DNA of 62,038 nucleotides, filler included, from Coriobacteriales bacterium (GTDB taxonomy: Bacteria > Actinomycetota > Coriobacteriia > Coriobacteriales > UBA8131): assembly GCA_031263105.1 (NCBI GenBank). It is 6 parts of 6 records of this genome, joined end to end, with 100 filler letters (N's around TTAATTAATTAA, not from the genome) between each part and the next. Parts side by side here need not be neighbours in the genome. Positions count along the whole stretch, not along the records: positions 1 to 8,097 come from JAISGJ010000143.1; positions 8,198 to 19,508 come from JAISGJ010000167.1; 4 more parts are not named here. One strand, given 5' to 3'. A model generated the notes under the pieces. The model saw only the letters and a program-made list of their open reading frames with translations. It did no database searches and had not been told where the DNA came from. The position numbers and the translations under genes were made by a program. Positions 1 to 10,264 of this stretch are shown piece by piece. Every line of letters starts with the position of its first letter. Position 1 is the first letter of the stretch.

Positions 1-139
1 GATGGCAGTGGGGGGCCCGGGGTGGCAGTGGGGGGCCCGGGGTGGCAGTGGGGGGCCCGGGATGGCAGTGGGGGGCCCGGGATGGCAGTGGGGGGCCCGG
101 GATGGCAGTGGGGGTCGGGATGACAGCGGTGTCAGTAAC
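1..139. repeat. Tandem 20-bp array (GGGATGGCAGTGGGGGGCCC-like), variant right arm of the TGTCAT-family palindromic repeat
   Basis: About 6 near-identical 20-bp units ending in GGGATGACAGCGGTGTCAGTAAC, matching the right end of the repeat family seen throughout; contig starts here. Confidence 0.85.
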
Positions 140-248
140 CAAACTGTCCGGCTGCGTGGCAGTTTGCCCCGTCCCCTTCGTCCGGCATTCTCCCAGTCTG
201 CTACAATGGGGGAGACCTACCACGACACAACGCACAAAGGAACCCTCG

Positions 249-1595
249 ATGATAGAGCGTTACACGCGCGAGGAGATGGGGACGGTCTTCTCTCTGTACA
301 ACAAGTTCAGGCTCTGGCAGGAGATAGAGGTTCTCGCCTGCGAGGCGCAGGCAGAGCTTGGCGCGATCGGCATCACCGACGAGGACGCCGCCTGGATACG
401 TGCGCATGCGGGCTTCGACGTCGGTCGGATAGACGAGCTCGAGCGGGAGACGAACCACGACGTCATCGCCTTTTTGACGGACATGGCCGAGCATATCGAC
501 GCCGGCCTCGCCCCGGGCGCACCCAGGCCCTCGCGCTGGGTGCATTACGGCATGACCTCCAGCGACCTGGGGGACACGGCGCTCTGCTGCCAGATAACCC
601 AGGCGCTCGACTTGGTGCTACGCGGCGTCCGCTCCCTCGGAGCCACGGCGAAGCGGCGCGCCTTCGAGCACAGGGACACCCTCTGCGTAGGCAGGACGCA
701 CGGCATCCACGCCGAGCCCATGACCTTCGGCATGAAGTTCGCCAGCTGGGCCTGGGCGCTCAAGAGGACCGAGACGCGGCTCCTCGAGGCGCGCGCGCAC
801 ATTGCGACGGGTGCCATCAGCGGAGCAGTCGGCAGCTATTCGAGCATCGACCCGTATGTCGAGCGCTTCGTCTGCGAGCGCCTCGGCCTTGTGCCCGACC
901 CGCTCTCCACCCAGGTGGTCGCACGGGACCGCCACGCCCAGGTCGCCTCCGCGCTCGCGGTCACCGCAGCGGTCCTCGAGCAGATGGCGACCGAGGTGCG
1001 CTCCCTCCAAAGGAGCGACATCCTCGAGGCGGAGGAGCCCTTCACGGAGGGGCAGAAGGGCTCCTCGGCCATGCCCCACAAGCGCAACCCCGTCATCTGC
1101 GAGCGCATCTGCGGGCTGGCGCGCGTCGTCAAGGCCAACGCGCAGGTCGCCTTCGACAACGTGGCGCTGTGGCATGAGCGCGACATCTCGCACAGCGGGG
1201 CCGAGCGCGTCGCCCTCGTCGACAGCTTCGTCGCCACCGACTACCTCCTCTCCAAGGCCCAGTGGGTGCTCGACGGCCTCGCGGTCTATCCCGAGAGGTG
1301 CCGGGCGAACCTCGAGCGCACACGGGGGCTCATCTACTCGAGCAAGGTCCTTCTGGCCCTTGTCGATACCGGCGTCACGCGCGAGGAGGCCTACGCCGTC
1401 GTCAAGCGCAACGCCATGGCGGTATGGGAGGACATACAGCAGGGGAGGGAGGGCCTGGGCCTCCGGGGGCGCATCGAGCGCGACCCGGACGCTGCGCTCG
1501 ACGCCGCGACGCTCGACCGCCTGTTCGACCCTTGGCACTTCCTTGCCCGGCGCGCCCTGCTCTTCGAGCGCCTTGAGAAGTTGGAGTTCCTGTGA
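249..1595 (+). CDS. purB: Adenylosuccinate lyase
   Basis: MIERYTREEM start after AAAGGA RBS; HYGMTSSD, GRTHGIHAEP and GSSAMPHKRNP signature motifs. Confidence 0.97.
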   Translation: MIERYTREEMGTVFSLYNKFRLWQEIEVLACEAQAELGAIGITDEDAAWIRAHAGFDVGRIDELERETNHDVIAFLTDMAEHIDAGLAPGAPRPSRWVHYGMTSSDLGDTALCCQITQALDLVLRGVRSLGATAKRRAFEHRDTLCVGRTHGIHAEPMTFGMKFASWAWALKRTETRLLEARAHIATGAISGAVGSYSSIDPYVERFVCERLGLVPDPLSTQVVARDRHAQVASALAVTAAVLEQMATEVRSLQRSDILEAEEPFTEGQKGSSAMPHKRNPVICERICGLARVVKANAQVAFDNVALWHERDISHSGAERVALVDSFVATDYLLSKAQWVLDGLAVYPERCRANLERTRGLIYSSKVLLALVDTGVTREEAYAVVKRNAMAVWEDIQQGREGLGLRGRIERDPDAALDAATLDRLFDPWHFLARRALLFERLEKLEFL

Positions 1596-2920
1596 ACCCT
1601 GTGATCGTCATCCCCACCTATGTGGGGGCCAGGCGCAAGACGCCGAGCTACAACGTCGTTGCGACCTACGACCACACCACGCCGCTGACGCACCAGGGCG
1701 AGCTGCCGCGCTGCCTTGCGTCGCTGAGGGACAACGGCGTCGACGCGCCCATCCTCCTGCTCGTCGTCTCGGAGAACGGGGTCGAGCGCGAGGCGTCCGC
1801 CAAGATCCGCGCAATCGCCGCCGCCTACGTCGACGCGCTCGACCTCCGCGTCATCGACGCGGGGATACTGGAGCAGTTCCATGCCAGGGCCGAGCAGCTC
1901 GGCCTCGTGGCGGTCAGGGAGGGCATCTCGCTGACGGGCTACGGCGCGACGCGCAACCTCGGCCTCGTCATCGCCGCGACGCTCGGCTTCACGGAGGTCG
2001 TGTTCATCGACGACGACGAGCTCGTCGTCTCCCCCGACTTCCTCGAGCAGTCGCTGTACGGCCTGGGCAAGCTCTCCAAGAAGGGGATACCGGTGCTGGT
2101 GAAGTCGGGCTTCCACACCGACCGCACGGGCCGTTGGAAGTCGAAGGCGACCCATGCCTGGTACAACCGCTACTGGGAGCAGGGCGAGCTGTTCAACAAA
2201 TGGATAACCAAGGCCATGGGCGCCCCTCGCCTCTCGCGCTCCAACGTCTTGAGCGGCGGCCTGATGGCCCTGCACCGCGAGGCGTACCGCCGCGTCTCGT
2301 TCGACCCGTGGATACCCCGTGGCGAGGACCTCGACTACCTGCTCAACGTCCTCATGTACGGCGGCGGGGTATGGTTCGACAACCAATGGTCCGTCCAGCA
2401 CCTCCCTCCTGCCGAGCGCAACGAGGCCCAGCGCTTCAAGCAGGACATATACCGTTGGATATACGAGCATCGCAAGCTGGAGTTCTCGAAGACCCAGATC
2501 GACCTGCTCCAGATACAGCCGCACTCGCTCGACCCGTATCCCGGCCCCTTCCTCGAGAACTCGATAACGACCCGCGTGCTCGTGACGGCGCTTCTGCGCA
2601 CCATCGGGCGCACGGATCGCCAAGGGTACTTCCATGCCGCGCAGGTTGCCCGCCGCGAGGCGAAGGCGTATGCCGAGATGTTCTGCTCGAAGTACTTCGA
2701 GTTCCAGCTCGGCTGGGCGCAGGTGCTGGGGACCTTCGAGGTCGATCCGCACCTCAAGGCCCTCTTCGGCGAGGCCTCCCGCATCACGCCGGAGGAGGTC
2801 GCCCGTGCGACCGACGACGATGCGCCCCTCGACGGCCCGCCTGTCGCGCAGGGGGCGCCTGGCCCCGCCCCCGACATCGACCTCGGCTCCCTGGGAATCG
2901 GCCTTGGCGGGGACCGGTAA
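1592..2920 (+). CDS. Glycosyltransferase family 2-like (GT-A fold) protein
   Basis: N-terminal VIVIPTY, GYGATRNLG, VVFIDDD (DxD) and GEDLDY motifs; GTGA overlap with purB. Confidence 0.75.
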   Translation: MNPVIVIPTYVGARRKTPSYNVVATYDHTTPLTHQGELPRCLASLRDNGVDAPILLLVVSENGVEREASAKIRAIAAAYVDALDLRVIDAGILEQFHARAEQLGLVAVREGISLTGYGATRNLGLVIAATLGFTEVVFIDDDELVVSPDFLEQSLYGLGKLSKKGIPVLVKSGFHTDRTGRWKSKATHAWYNRYWEQGELFNKWITKAMGAPRLSRSNVLSGGLMALHREAYRRVSFDPWIPRGEDLDYLLNVLMYGGGVWFDNQWSVQHLPPAERNEAQRFKQDIYRWIYEHRKLEFSKTQIDLLQIQPHSLDPYPGPFLENSITTRVLVTALLRTIGRTDRQGYFHAAQVARREAKAYAEMFCSKYFEFQLGWAQVLGTFEVDPHLKALFGEASRITPEEVARATDDDAPLDGPPVAQGAPGPAPDIDLGSLGIGLGGDR

Positions 2921-2935
2921 GGGCGTCTCTGTGGC

Positions 2936-3727
2936 ATGACCCTCCTCATGTTCGTCGTGACCGCGCTCCTCGGCGTCGTCGTCGGCATCCTCTCGGGGAT
3001 GTTCGGCATCGGCGGCGGCACCGTGATGATACCGCTGCTCCACCTCCTGCTCCGCCAGCCCATCCTCACCTCGACGGCGACCTCGCTGTTCGTCATCGCG
3101 CCGACGGCGGCGTCCGGCACCTTCCGCCACATACGGCAGGGGAGCGTCGATGTGCGCGCGGCGGTCGTGATAGGGCTCGCAGGGGCCCTTGCCTGCACCG
3201 TGGGCTCGCTGGTGTCGGACATGCTGCCCGGGATCGCCGTCGCGGGCCTGGCGGCCTGCGTCATCCTCTACAGCGCCGTCTCCATCGTCCGCAGGCCGGT
3301 CGACGGGCCCCTTGGCGAAGAGGGCGCCGCGCCGCCCTCCCGCTTCGCCGCCGGACGCCTGCGCCTGCTCCTCTGCGCCGCCCTGGGCCTCGTCGCCGGG
3401 CTCGTCGCCGGCATCGTGGGTGTCGGGGGCGGCTTCGTCATCGTCCCCGTCGGCATCGCGTACCTGGGCTTCAGCTTCAAGGAGGCAAGCGGCACCTCCC
3501 TTCTCGCCATCGCCCTCATAGCGGTGCCGGGGACGGTCGCCCACGCCCTGCTGGGCCATGTCTGGTACCTTGGCGGCCTGGCGCTCATGATAGGCTCGAT
3601 ACCGGGCGCCTACCTCGGCGCGCGCCTTGTGGACAGGATGCCCGAGCGTGCGGCGCGCCTTGCGTTCGCCGGCCTCCTGGCGCTCTCTGCCTGCCTGGTC
3701 GTCTTCAACGAGCTGTCCGGATCCTAG
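2936..3727 (+). CDS. Sulfite exporter TauE/SafE family membrane protein
   Basis: Two repeats with GMFGIGGG and GIVGVGGG motifs, ATATSL/ASGTSL, multiple TM helices. Confidence 0.9.
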   Translation: MTLLMFVVTALLGVVVGILSGMFGIGGGTVMIPLLHLLLRQPILTSTATSLFVIAPTAASGTFRHIRQGSVDVRAAVVIGLAGALACTVGSLVSDMLPGIAVAGLAACVILYSAVSIVRRPVDGPLGEEGAAPPSRFAAGRLRLLLCAALGLVAGLVAGIVGVGGGFVIVPVGIAYLGFSFKEASGTSLLAIALIAVPGTVAHALLGHVWYLGGLALMIGSIPGAYLGARLVDRMPERAARLAFAGLLALSACLVVFNELSGS

Positions 3728-3763
3728 GGAAGTGCCGATTAATTGCCTGTGCGCCGCCTTCCG

Positions 3764-3911
3764 GCTACTGTTCACACCCCCACTGTCATTCCGAGCCTGC
3801 CGAGGAATCCTCGGCTGCGAAGCAGCCGACTGCGGGCAGATGCGCCTCCCGGTCGCAGTCGGTCGCTTCGCGACCAAGGATTCCTCGGCAGGCTCGGAAT
3901 GACAGTGGGGG
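3764..3911. repeat. Palindromic REP/MITE-like element (TGTCAT family)
   Basis: CCCCACTGTCATTCCGAGCCTGCCGAGGAATCCT ... AGGATTCCTCGGCAGGCTCGGAATGACAGTGGGG inverted arms. Confidence 0.9.
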
Positions 3912-4074
3912 CATTGATCATCGTCTCCCAAGGGAAGTGCCGCCCCGCTGCCGCCCGCCGCTGCCGCCCGCTGGCATCGCCTGCGCTGCCGCTCCCACTG
4001 TCGCCGTTGCTCGTGTATGATGACGCTTGGACAGGCGCGGTCGGTACCTGTCCCGGCGGGAAGGAAGGACCGTG

Positions 4075-5382
4075 ATGAACCGACAGCCCACCCTCATAGA
4101 GGTGCTCCTTGTCGGCGTAGCGGCACTTTTGGCGTTCGTGGCGGTGTTCGCCGTGCTCAGGGGCGGACACTGGGCGGTGCCGTCCCTCTGTGCGGTCGGC
4201 ATCACTGCCGTGGCGCTCCTCATGCTCCGTTTCTCCATAGACCCCGACCGCCTGCGGGCCCGTCAGTCCGAACGCATGCTCAAGCTGGCGGCGAACACCC
4301 TGACCCATATGCGCAAGGGCCTCAACATCGAGTCGGCCGAGGCGGTCTGCAGGCTCCTTCTGCCGGCCACCTCCGCCAACGCGGTCGCCATCACCGACTG
4401 CGTCAACATCCTCGGATTCTCGGGTGCGGAGAAGGACTCGCACCAGGTCGGCACCCCCATTCGGACCGAGTCGACCAAGGCCTCGCTGCACAGTGCCGAG
4501 ATGCAGGTGATAACCTCGCGCGAGGGGATAGGCTTCCCCGACGAGGGGACGGCGTTCCAGGCGGCGATAGTGGTGCCCATCATCCCGGACGACGAGGTGG
4601 CGGGGACGCTGAAGCTCTACTACCGTTCCGCGAAGAAGATAGACGAGACCGAGCAGGCCGTCGCCCTGGGGCTCTCCACCCTGCTCGCCATGCAGCTGGG
4701 CCTCGCCGAGCTCGAGGACCAGCGCGAGCTTGCGGCGAAGATGGAGCTGAAGGCGCTTCAGGCGCAGATCAAGCCGCACTTCCTCTTCAACACGATAAAC
4801 ACCATCGCCGCGCTCATACGGACCGACCCCGGCCAGGCGCGCATCCTCCTGCGGGAGTTCGCGACCTTCTACCGGCGCACGCTCGAAGGCACGCTCGACA
4901 GCATCACGCTCGAACAGGAGTACCTTCAGACCCTGCGCTACCTTGGGTTCGAGATCGCGCGTTTCGGGGCCGACCGCATAGCGCTCTCAAGCGACATCGA
5001 GAAGGGCTTGGAGACGGTACAGGTGCCCGCATTCATCATCCAGCCCTTGGTCGAGAACGCCGTCGGCCATGGGATGCGCGAGGACGCCCCGCTGCGCATC
5101 GAGATATCCGCCCGCACCCAGGAAGGAGAGGTCATCGTCGACATCCGCGACGACGGGCAGGGCATGCCGAAGGACACGCTGGCGCACATGTTCGAGCCGA
5201 GCGAGACGCACGCCGGCATCGCCCTGAAGAACGTCGATGACAGGCTGAGAGGCTTTTTTGGCAGACAGGCCCACTTAGAGGTACAATCTGAGCTGGGTAT
5301 CGGTACAACGGTATCCATGAATCTTGGACCGGTATTGGATTTGAAAGTAGAGACAGATGATCAAAGCAATAATAGTCGATGA
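4075..5382 (+). CDS. LytS/YehU-family sensor histidine kinase
   Basis: Two N-terminal TM helices, GAF-like region, ALQAQIKPHFLFNTIN H-box, QPLVENAVGHG, DDGQG. Confidence 0.93.
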   Translation: MNRQPTLIEVLLVGVAALLAFVAVFAVLRGGHWAVPSLCAVGITAVALLMLRFSIDPDRLRARQSERMLKLAANTLTHMRKGLNIESAEAVCRLLLPATSANAVAITDCVNILGFSGAEKDSHQVGTPIRTESTKASLHSAEMQVITSREGIGFPDEGTAFQAAIVVPIIPDDEVAGTLKLYYRSAKKIDETEQAVALGLSTLLAMQLGLAELEDQRELAAKMELKALQAQIKPHFLFNTINTIAALIRTDPGQARILLREFATFYRRTLEGTLDSITLEQEYLQTLRYLGFEIARFGADRIALSSDIEKGLETVQVPAFIIQPLVENAVGHGMREDAPLRIEISARTQEGEVIVDIRDDGQGMPKDTLAHMFEPSETHAGIALKNVDDRLRGFFGRQAHLEVQSELGIGTTVSMNLGPVLDLKVETDDQSNNSR

Positions 5383-6070
5383 CGAGGCCCCTTCCCGCTC
5401 CGAACTGAGGTTCCTGCTGGACGAGACCAGGCAGGTCGAGATCGTGGCGGAGGCCGCCAACGTCCGGGAGGCCATCGAGCGGCTCAAGGAGAAGGGCGCC
5501 GACGCCATGTTCCTTGACATAAACATGCCGGGGGCGAGCGGCCTGCAGCTCGCCGAGGCGCTCAACCGCCTCAAGTACCCCCCCGCCATCGTGTTCGTGA
5601 CCGCCTACAGCGAGCATGCCGCCAAGGCCTTCGACGTCAATGCCGTCGACTACCTCGTCAAGCCTGTCGAGACCGACCGCCTGCAGCAGGCGCTGACGAA
5701 GGTGCGGCACTACGTCTCCGCCTTCTCCAAGGACCAGCAGGCGGAGCGCATACCTGTCGAGAAGAGCGGGAAGAAGCTGCTGGTCTCGACCGACAAGATA
5801 CATTACATCATGGCAAAGGACGACTACTCCTACCTGCATACGGAGATGGACCGCTACCTCTCCACCGTCAGCCTCGCACAGCTCGAGACGCGCCTGGAGC
5901 CCTGCGGGTTCTTCCGCGTGCACCGCCGCTACCTGGTCAACCTCGCCTGTGTCGAGGAGGTCACCCCCGTCAGCGGCGGCACGCTGCTGCTCACCCTTTC
6001 GGGCGAGGAGGAGAGCATCCCCGTGTCGCGCCGCCGCGTGGCCTCCCTCAAGAAGGCCCTCGGCCTGTAG
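5357..6070 (+). CDS. LytTR-family response regulator
   Basis: REC domain (IIVDDE, FLDINMP, DYLVKP) plus LytTR FFRVHRRYLVN and IPVSRRR. Confidence 0.95.
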   Translation: MIKAIIVDDEAPSRSELRFLLDETRQVEIVAEAANVREAIERLKEKGADAMFLDINMPGASGLQLAEALNRLKYPPAIVFVTAYSEHAAKAFDVNAVDYLVKPVETDRLQQALTKVRHYVSAFSKDQQAERIPVEKSGKKLLVSTDKIHYIMAKDDYSYLHTEMDRYLSTVSLAQLETRLEPCGFFRVHRRYLVNLACVEEVTPVSGGTLLLTLSGEEESIPVSRRRVASLKKALGL

Positions 6071-6077
6071 GGCGAAG

Positions 6078-6251
6078 GCTACTGTTCGCGCCCTGTCATC
6101 CCGAGCGCAGCACGCCCCACTGTCATTCCGAGCCCGTCGAGGAATCTTCGATCGCACAAGCGGTCGACTGCGGGTCGAAGGGCCCCCGGACCTGCCGTTG
6201 AACACTGCGTGTCCAAAGATTCCTCGACGGGCTCGGAATGACAGTGGGGCG
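6078..6251. repeat. Palindromic REP/MITE-like element (TGTCAT family)
   Basis: CTGTCATTCCGAGCCCGTCGAGGAATCTT ... AAGATTCCTCGACGGGCTCGGAATGACAG inverted arms. Confidence 0.9.
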
Positions 6252-6388
6252 CCAGTGGGAGCGTGGGCAACAAGGTGCGAGGGCCTGTACGCGAAGGCTT
6301 GCTGCGAAGGCTTGCTGGGCGGTGCCGGTGCCGCAGGCCACCCTATCTGCTATCATAGTGACGCATGTCCCATGCCTTGAGGCCCTGT

Positions 6389-6473
6389 GGGGGCGTGGCG
6401 GAATCGGCATACGCAGCGGACTTAAAATCCGCCGCCGCAAGGCTTGTGAGTTCGAGTCTCACCGCCCCTACCA
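6389..6473 (+). tRNA. trnL: tRNA-Leu (anticodon TAA)
   Basis: GGGGGCG/CGCCCCT acceptor stem, GCGGA-CTTAAAA-TCCGC anticodon arm, long variable arm, GTTCGAGTC T-loop, encoded CCA. Confidence 0.96.
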
Positions 6474-6594
6474 TACCGGCCGTTCCCGAGGGAGGCGGTG
6501 CTTCCCGAGGGCCTCCCGAGGGGGGCGGCATGTCCTGCGGAGTCGCAGGGCCCTGCGGGAGCCGCAAGGCCTCGAAGGAGATGCCGGGCGGCGC

Positions 6595-7914
6595 TCAGCC
6601 GCCGTTTCCCACGGAATCGAATGCCTGCGCCAGGTCGGCCTTGAGGTCGTCGATGTGCTCGATGCCCACCGAAAGGCGCAGGAGCCGGTCGGTGATGCCC
6701 ATCTCGGCGCGCAGCGCGGCGGGGATGGAGGCATGCGTCATCGTTGCCGGATGGCAGATGAGCGACTCCACGGCACCAAGGCTCTCTGCAAGGGTTATGA
6801 GCCCCAATGCCTGCACGAACCCCTCCGTGTCCAGGCCTTTCGTGAGCTCGAAGGCAAGGAGCGCGCCTGCCCGCCGCGCCTGCCTCTGCTGGACCGCATA
6901 GCCGGGATGCCGAGGCAGCCCCGGATAGACGACCCGCCCGACAAGGGGGTGCGCATCGAGCCAGCGTGCCAGCTCCTCGGCGTTCGAGCAGGCGCGGTCG
7001 AGGCGCACCGCGAGCGTCCTGATGCCGCGCGTGAGCAGGTAGGAATCGAAGGGCGCAAGCGTCGCGCCCGTGGAGTAGTGGATGAAGTGCAGCCGCCGGT
7101 ACAGCCCCGGGTCCTTGACGGCGACGAGCCCGGCGAGCACGTCCGAGTGGCCGCCGAGGTACTTGGTGGCCGAGTGCAGGACTATGTCAGCCCCGAGGAC
7201 GAGCGGCTGTTGCAGGTAGGGGGAGAGGAACGTGTTGTCCACGATGGCGAGCGCCCCGTGCCGGTGGGCGACCTCCGAGAGCGCCGCGATGTCCGCGACC
7301 TCGAGCAGGGGATTGGTGGGGGACTCGAAGAGGAGGGCGGCGGGGCGGCCGGCGGCCGCAGAGGCATCGGCGGGACGGTCGGCGAGCGTCGGGGTAGCGG
7401 CGTCGCCGGAGCCAAAGGACGCCTCGTGCGAGAAGGCCGCCTCGACCGCCTCCGCGTCGGTCACGTCGACGAAGCGGTAGGAGAGCCCGTAGCGTTTGAA
7501 GTGCCGGTCGAGGACCCGGAAGGTCCCGCCGTAGATGTTCGTGGGGACCAGCAGCTCGTCCCCGGGCTCGAAGAGCGAGAGCACGGCGGTGATGGCCGCC
7601 ATGCCCGAGCTGAAGGCGAGGCCGCAGGTGCCTCCTTCGAGGGCGGCTATCTGGTCCTCCACCACCTGCCGCGAGGGATTGCCGCCGCGCGAGTAGTCGT
7701 AGCGCAGCGGCCTGCCGAAGGCGGCCTGCTCGTAGGTGGTGGTCAGATGGATGGGCGCGACCACGTCGCCGAAGCGGGGGTCGCCGTCGTCCGGGGCATG
7801 GACGAGCTGCGACTCGATACGGCGCCCCGCCCGCGCCCCGCCCGCGCCGCGTTCGTCTCCCGGTCTCCCCTCATGCCCCGTAGGGCCGTTCGCTTCCGTG
7901 GCACTCTTGCCCAT
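6595..7914 (-). CDS. PLP-dependent trans-sulfuration enzyme (cystathionine gamma-synthase/lyase, MetB/MccB family)
   Basis: YDYSRGGNP, AFSSGMAAI, ESPTNP, VDNTF, HSATKYLGGHSD (PLP lysine), AESLG, RLSVGIE; exact start uncertain. Confidence 0.92.
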   Translation of the reverse strand: MGKSATEANGPTGHEGRPGDERGAGGARAGRRIESQLVHAPDDGDPRFGDVVAPIHLTTTYEQAAFGRPLRYDYSRGGNPSRQVVEDQIAALEGGTCGLAFSSGMAAITAVLSLFEPGDELLVPTNIYGGTFRVLDRHFKRYGLSYRFVDVTDAEAVEAAFSHEASFGSGDAATPTLADRPADASAAAGRPAALLFESPTNPLLEVADIAALSEVAHRHGALAIVDNTFLSPYLQQPLVLGADIVLHSATKYLGGHSDVLAGLVAVKDPGLYRRLHFIHYSTGATLAPFDSYLLTRGIRTLAVRLDRACSNAEELARWLDAHPLVGRVVYPGLPRHPGYAVQQRQARRAGALLAFELTKGLDTEGFVQALGLITLAESLGAVESLICHPATMTHASIPAALRAEMGITDRLLRLSVGIEHIDDLKADLAQAFDSVGNGG

Positions 7915-8036
7915 TGCTCCTCCTCGTCGGTTCTGCAGCCTGAGACATTATATAACTTATAAGTTTGCATAGTAAAGGACTGTCTCCCGCGAGACATGCG
8001 TAGAGGCCACTGGCCGTTACCGGTCGGGGGGGGGGG

Positions 8037-8075
<39 letters not shown>

Positions 8076-8097
8076 CCCCCCACCCCCCCCCCCGCGC

Positions 8098-8197
8098 NNN
8101 NNNNNNNNNNNNNNNNNNNNNNNNNNNNNNNNNNNNNNNNNTTAATTAATTAANNNNNNNNNNNNNNNNNNNNNNNNNNNNNNNNNNNNNNNNNNNN
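8098..8197. other. Artificial contig linker
   Basis: N-run + TTAATTAATTAA (stops in six frames) + N-run, 100 bp. Confidence 0.99.
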
Positions 8198-8237
8198 GGG
8201 CGCAGGCCAGACAAGGCCATTTCCTCGCTTTCGTCTC

Positions 8238-8958
8238 GTGGAAGCGAGGAAATGGTCTACAGGCAAGGGTTTTCGAGGGGTTTATATAGTCTCACTCATT
8301 GGGAAAGTTCTATTTAAAGACAACTTTACGACTTACGGGAACTACGACTTTCCGCTCTTGCGCAAGCAGGAAGTCAGTGTTGACGCCCTCAAACTGATTC
8401 GGTTTAGCAGCATCGTGAAAAGCGAGACCAAGGACCTACCTGGATGCAACGGTTCATTTTTTTGAGGAAGACGATCGTTTTGATGAGGTATGGAATGACC
8501 CGAAGTCCTACATTATGGAGTTAGCGCAGTACGCTCAGGTCATGGCGCCGAATTTCAGCGTCTACGTGAACATGCCGAAAGTACTCCAGATTTTTAATAC
8601 GTTCAGGTCAAGATGGCTTGGCGCGTATTGGCAAGAATCTGGTCTGGTGGTCATCCCAACCATAACATGGGGCGATAGGTCCAGTTATGAATTCTGCTTT
8701 GATTCTGTTGAGCACGGCTCGACTGTGGCAGTTTCCACCTTGGGATGTGCCGATGTCGAGTGGTTATACCTGAAGGGCTTTGCGAAGATGTGCTCTCGCA
8801 TCGAACCGGAACGTGTCGTCTGCCACAACAAGCCCTTCTTGCGGATGCATAAGTCGGCTGAAATCATCGAGGTTCCTTATGAGCGGACAAAACGGGTTGC
8901 TGCTGCAATTTGCCTCGCAACTTCTGGCCTGGATTGGAGTAGTCATGGACATGCTTGA
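8238..8958 (+). pseudogene. DUF4417-like (phage/ICE-associated) gene, frameshifted
   Basis: Frame 1 ...KSETKDL continues in another frame as DATVHFFEEDDRFDEVWNDP...APNFSVY...VIPTITWG...VAVST; shift coincides with ACCT-ACCT duplication at 8434-8441. Confidence 0.7.
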
Positions 8959-9322
8959 CTCCTACATAATCATATACGGTTTTTTGGGTGACTATGCGGA
9001 AATAACAAAAAACCTGGATGTTGACTCCATTGTGTCCGAGATGACGCCGATGGTCTATGGGTCACCGGACGACCCGATCGGGTATAGCTCGTTTGATCCA
9101 GCGGTCTACGAAGAGGATTGGGTCGGTTCGTGGGCACAAATAGTGGGGAAGGGCAAACGGGCATCGACGCGACAGGTGTTTCAGGTGGCACGGGAGCTCT
9201 TGAAATACTATGAGCAAGAGCTCGGCTATGATTTGGATGATGCCGAGGAATTCCTGAAGGAAAGGCTCGGTGTCCTGCCGTTGACTGGCAGGAAGGACTG
9301 GGCAATACGGTTGTCGGCGTAG
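8945..9322 (+). CDS. Hypothetical acidic protein (immunity-protein-like)
   Basis: ATG after GGAG RBS, 125 aa, acidic, SFDPAVYEEDW motif; overlaps upstream gene end. Confidence 0.55.
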   Translation: MDMLDSYIIIYGFLGDYAEITKNLDVDSIVSEMTPMVYGSPDDPIGYSSFDPAVYEEDWVGSWAQIVGKGKRASTRQVFQVARELLKYYEQELGYDLDDAEEFLKERLGVLPLTGRKDWAIRLSA

Positions 9323-9562
9323 GGCCTGCTGTGCATCCGCCAGCCGAAACTACTGTCAACACGACAAACTGTCGGTATCATGACAAATGGAAATCAGTAG
9401 GAGGATGGCGAGTGGAAGCAGCAGGCCCCAGTTGCCCCAGTGGCTCATGGCGGGTGCGACCATGCTACCAAAACCCTTTGGCAGTCACCCATGTCAGCCT
9501 GTCAAAAGCTTTTGGCACGGCCATCGAACATGCTGCTTTTGAGGTACAGGGTGCAATCAAGA

Positions 9563-10264
9563 TCAGTCGTCCTGCTCCGGCTCAAAGCGATAGCCGAGGC
9601 CCCAGACCGTTTGGATGATGCAGGGGTTGGAGGGGTCGTCCTCTATCTTCTCACGGAGCTTCTTGATGAAGACGGTGATGCTTGAGGTCTCGCCGACGAA
9701 CTCCTTGCCCCACGCCGCTTCCACCAGCTGCTCCCTTGAGAGAACCATGCCCGGGTTTCCGGCAAGCGCATGCAATATCCTGAACTCCTTGACCGTGAGA
9801 GAGAGCACCTCGCCGTCCTTAGTGGCGCGAAAGCGTCCCGTGTCGAGCACAAAGTGCCCTGCGTGCAGCACGGTGTCCTGTTCCACTATACCCATCGGTG
9901 CCATCTGGGCGCGCCTCAAATGTGCCTCGATATGCATCAAGAGCTCGCGAGGGTCGAAGGGCTTGACGATATAATCGTCGCCCCCCGCCTCGAAGCCCAC
10001 GCCTTTGTCCACGATGTCGCCTTTTGCGGAGAGGAAGATAACGGGGACCGCGATGCCCCTTTTGCGTATCTCCCGACAGGCGGTGAACCCGTCCATCCTG
10101 GGCATCATCACGTCCATGATGATGAGAGCCGGGCAGTCGTCCTCAACCACTGACAAGGCCTTGAAGCCGTCCTCGGCGTACAGGAACGTGTGTCCTGCAT
10201 CGGCCATGAGGCTTGCAACGAGACGCCGGATGCTCTCTTCGTCGTCAATCAGCAGTATCTTCAT
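9563..10264 (-). CDS. OmpR-family response regulator
   Basis: ILLIDDE, MDVMMP, DDYIVKPF; winged-helix tail IQTVWGLGYRF. Confidence 0.95.
   Translation of the reverse strand: MKILLIDDEESIRRLVASLMADAGHTFLYAEDGFKALSVVEDDCPALIIMDVMMPRMDGFTACREIRKRGIAVPVIFLSAKGDIVDKGVGFEAGGDDYIVKPFDPRELLMHIEAHLRRAQMAPMGIVEQDTVLHAGHFVLDTGRFRATKDGEVLSLTVKEFRILHALAGNPGMVLSREQLVEAAWGKEFVGETSSITVFIKKLREKIEDDPSNPCIIQTVWGLGYRFEPEQDD

Noticed and set aside
802..4020. Very long alternative-frame and antisense ORFs (for example 802-4020, 30458-33304, 33827-36319, 58449-60416)
   Set aside because: Shadow ORFs expected from high GC3; they overlap well-supported genes and show no family motifs.
6389..6600. tRNA-Leu as an integration site
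   Set aside because: No integrase and no duplicated tRNA 3' end were seen on this contig.
9511..9530. Other TTGGCACG sites (9511, about 54048) as sigma54 promoters
   Set aside because: They lack the -12 TTGC element at the required spacing.
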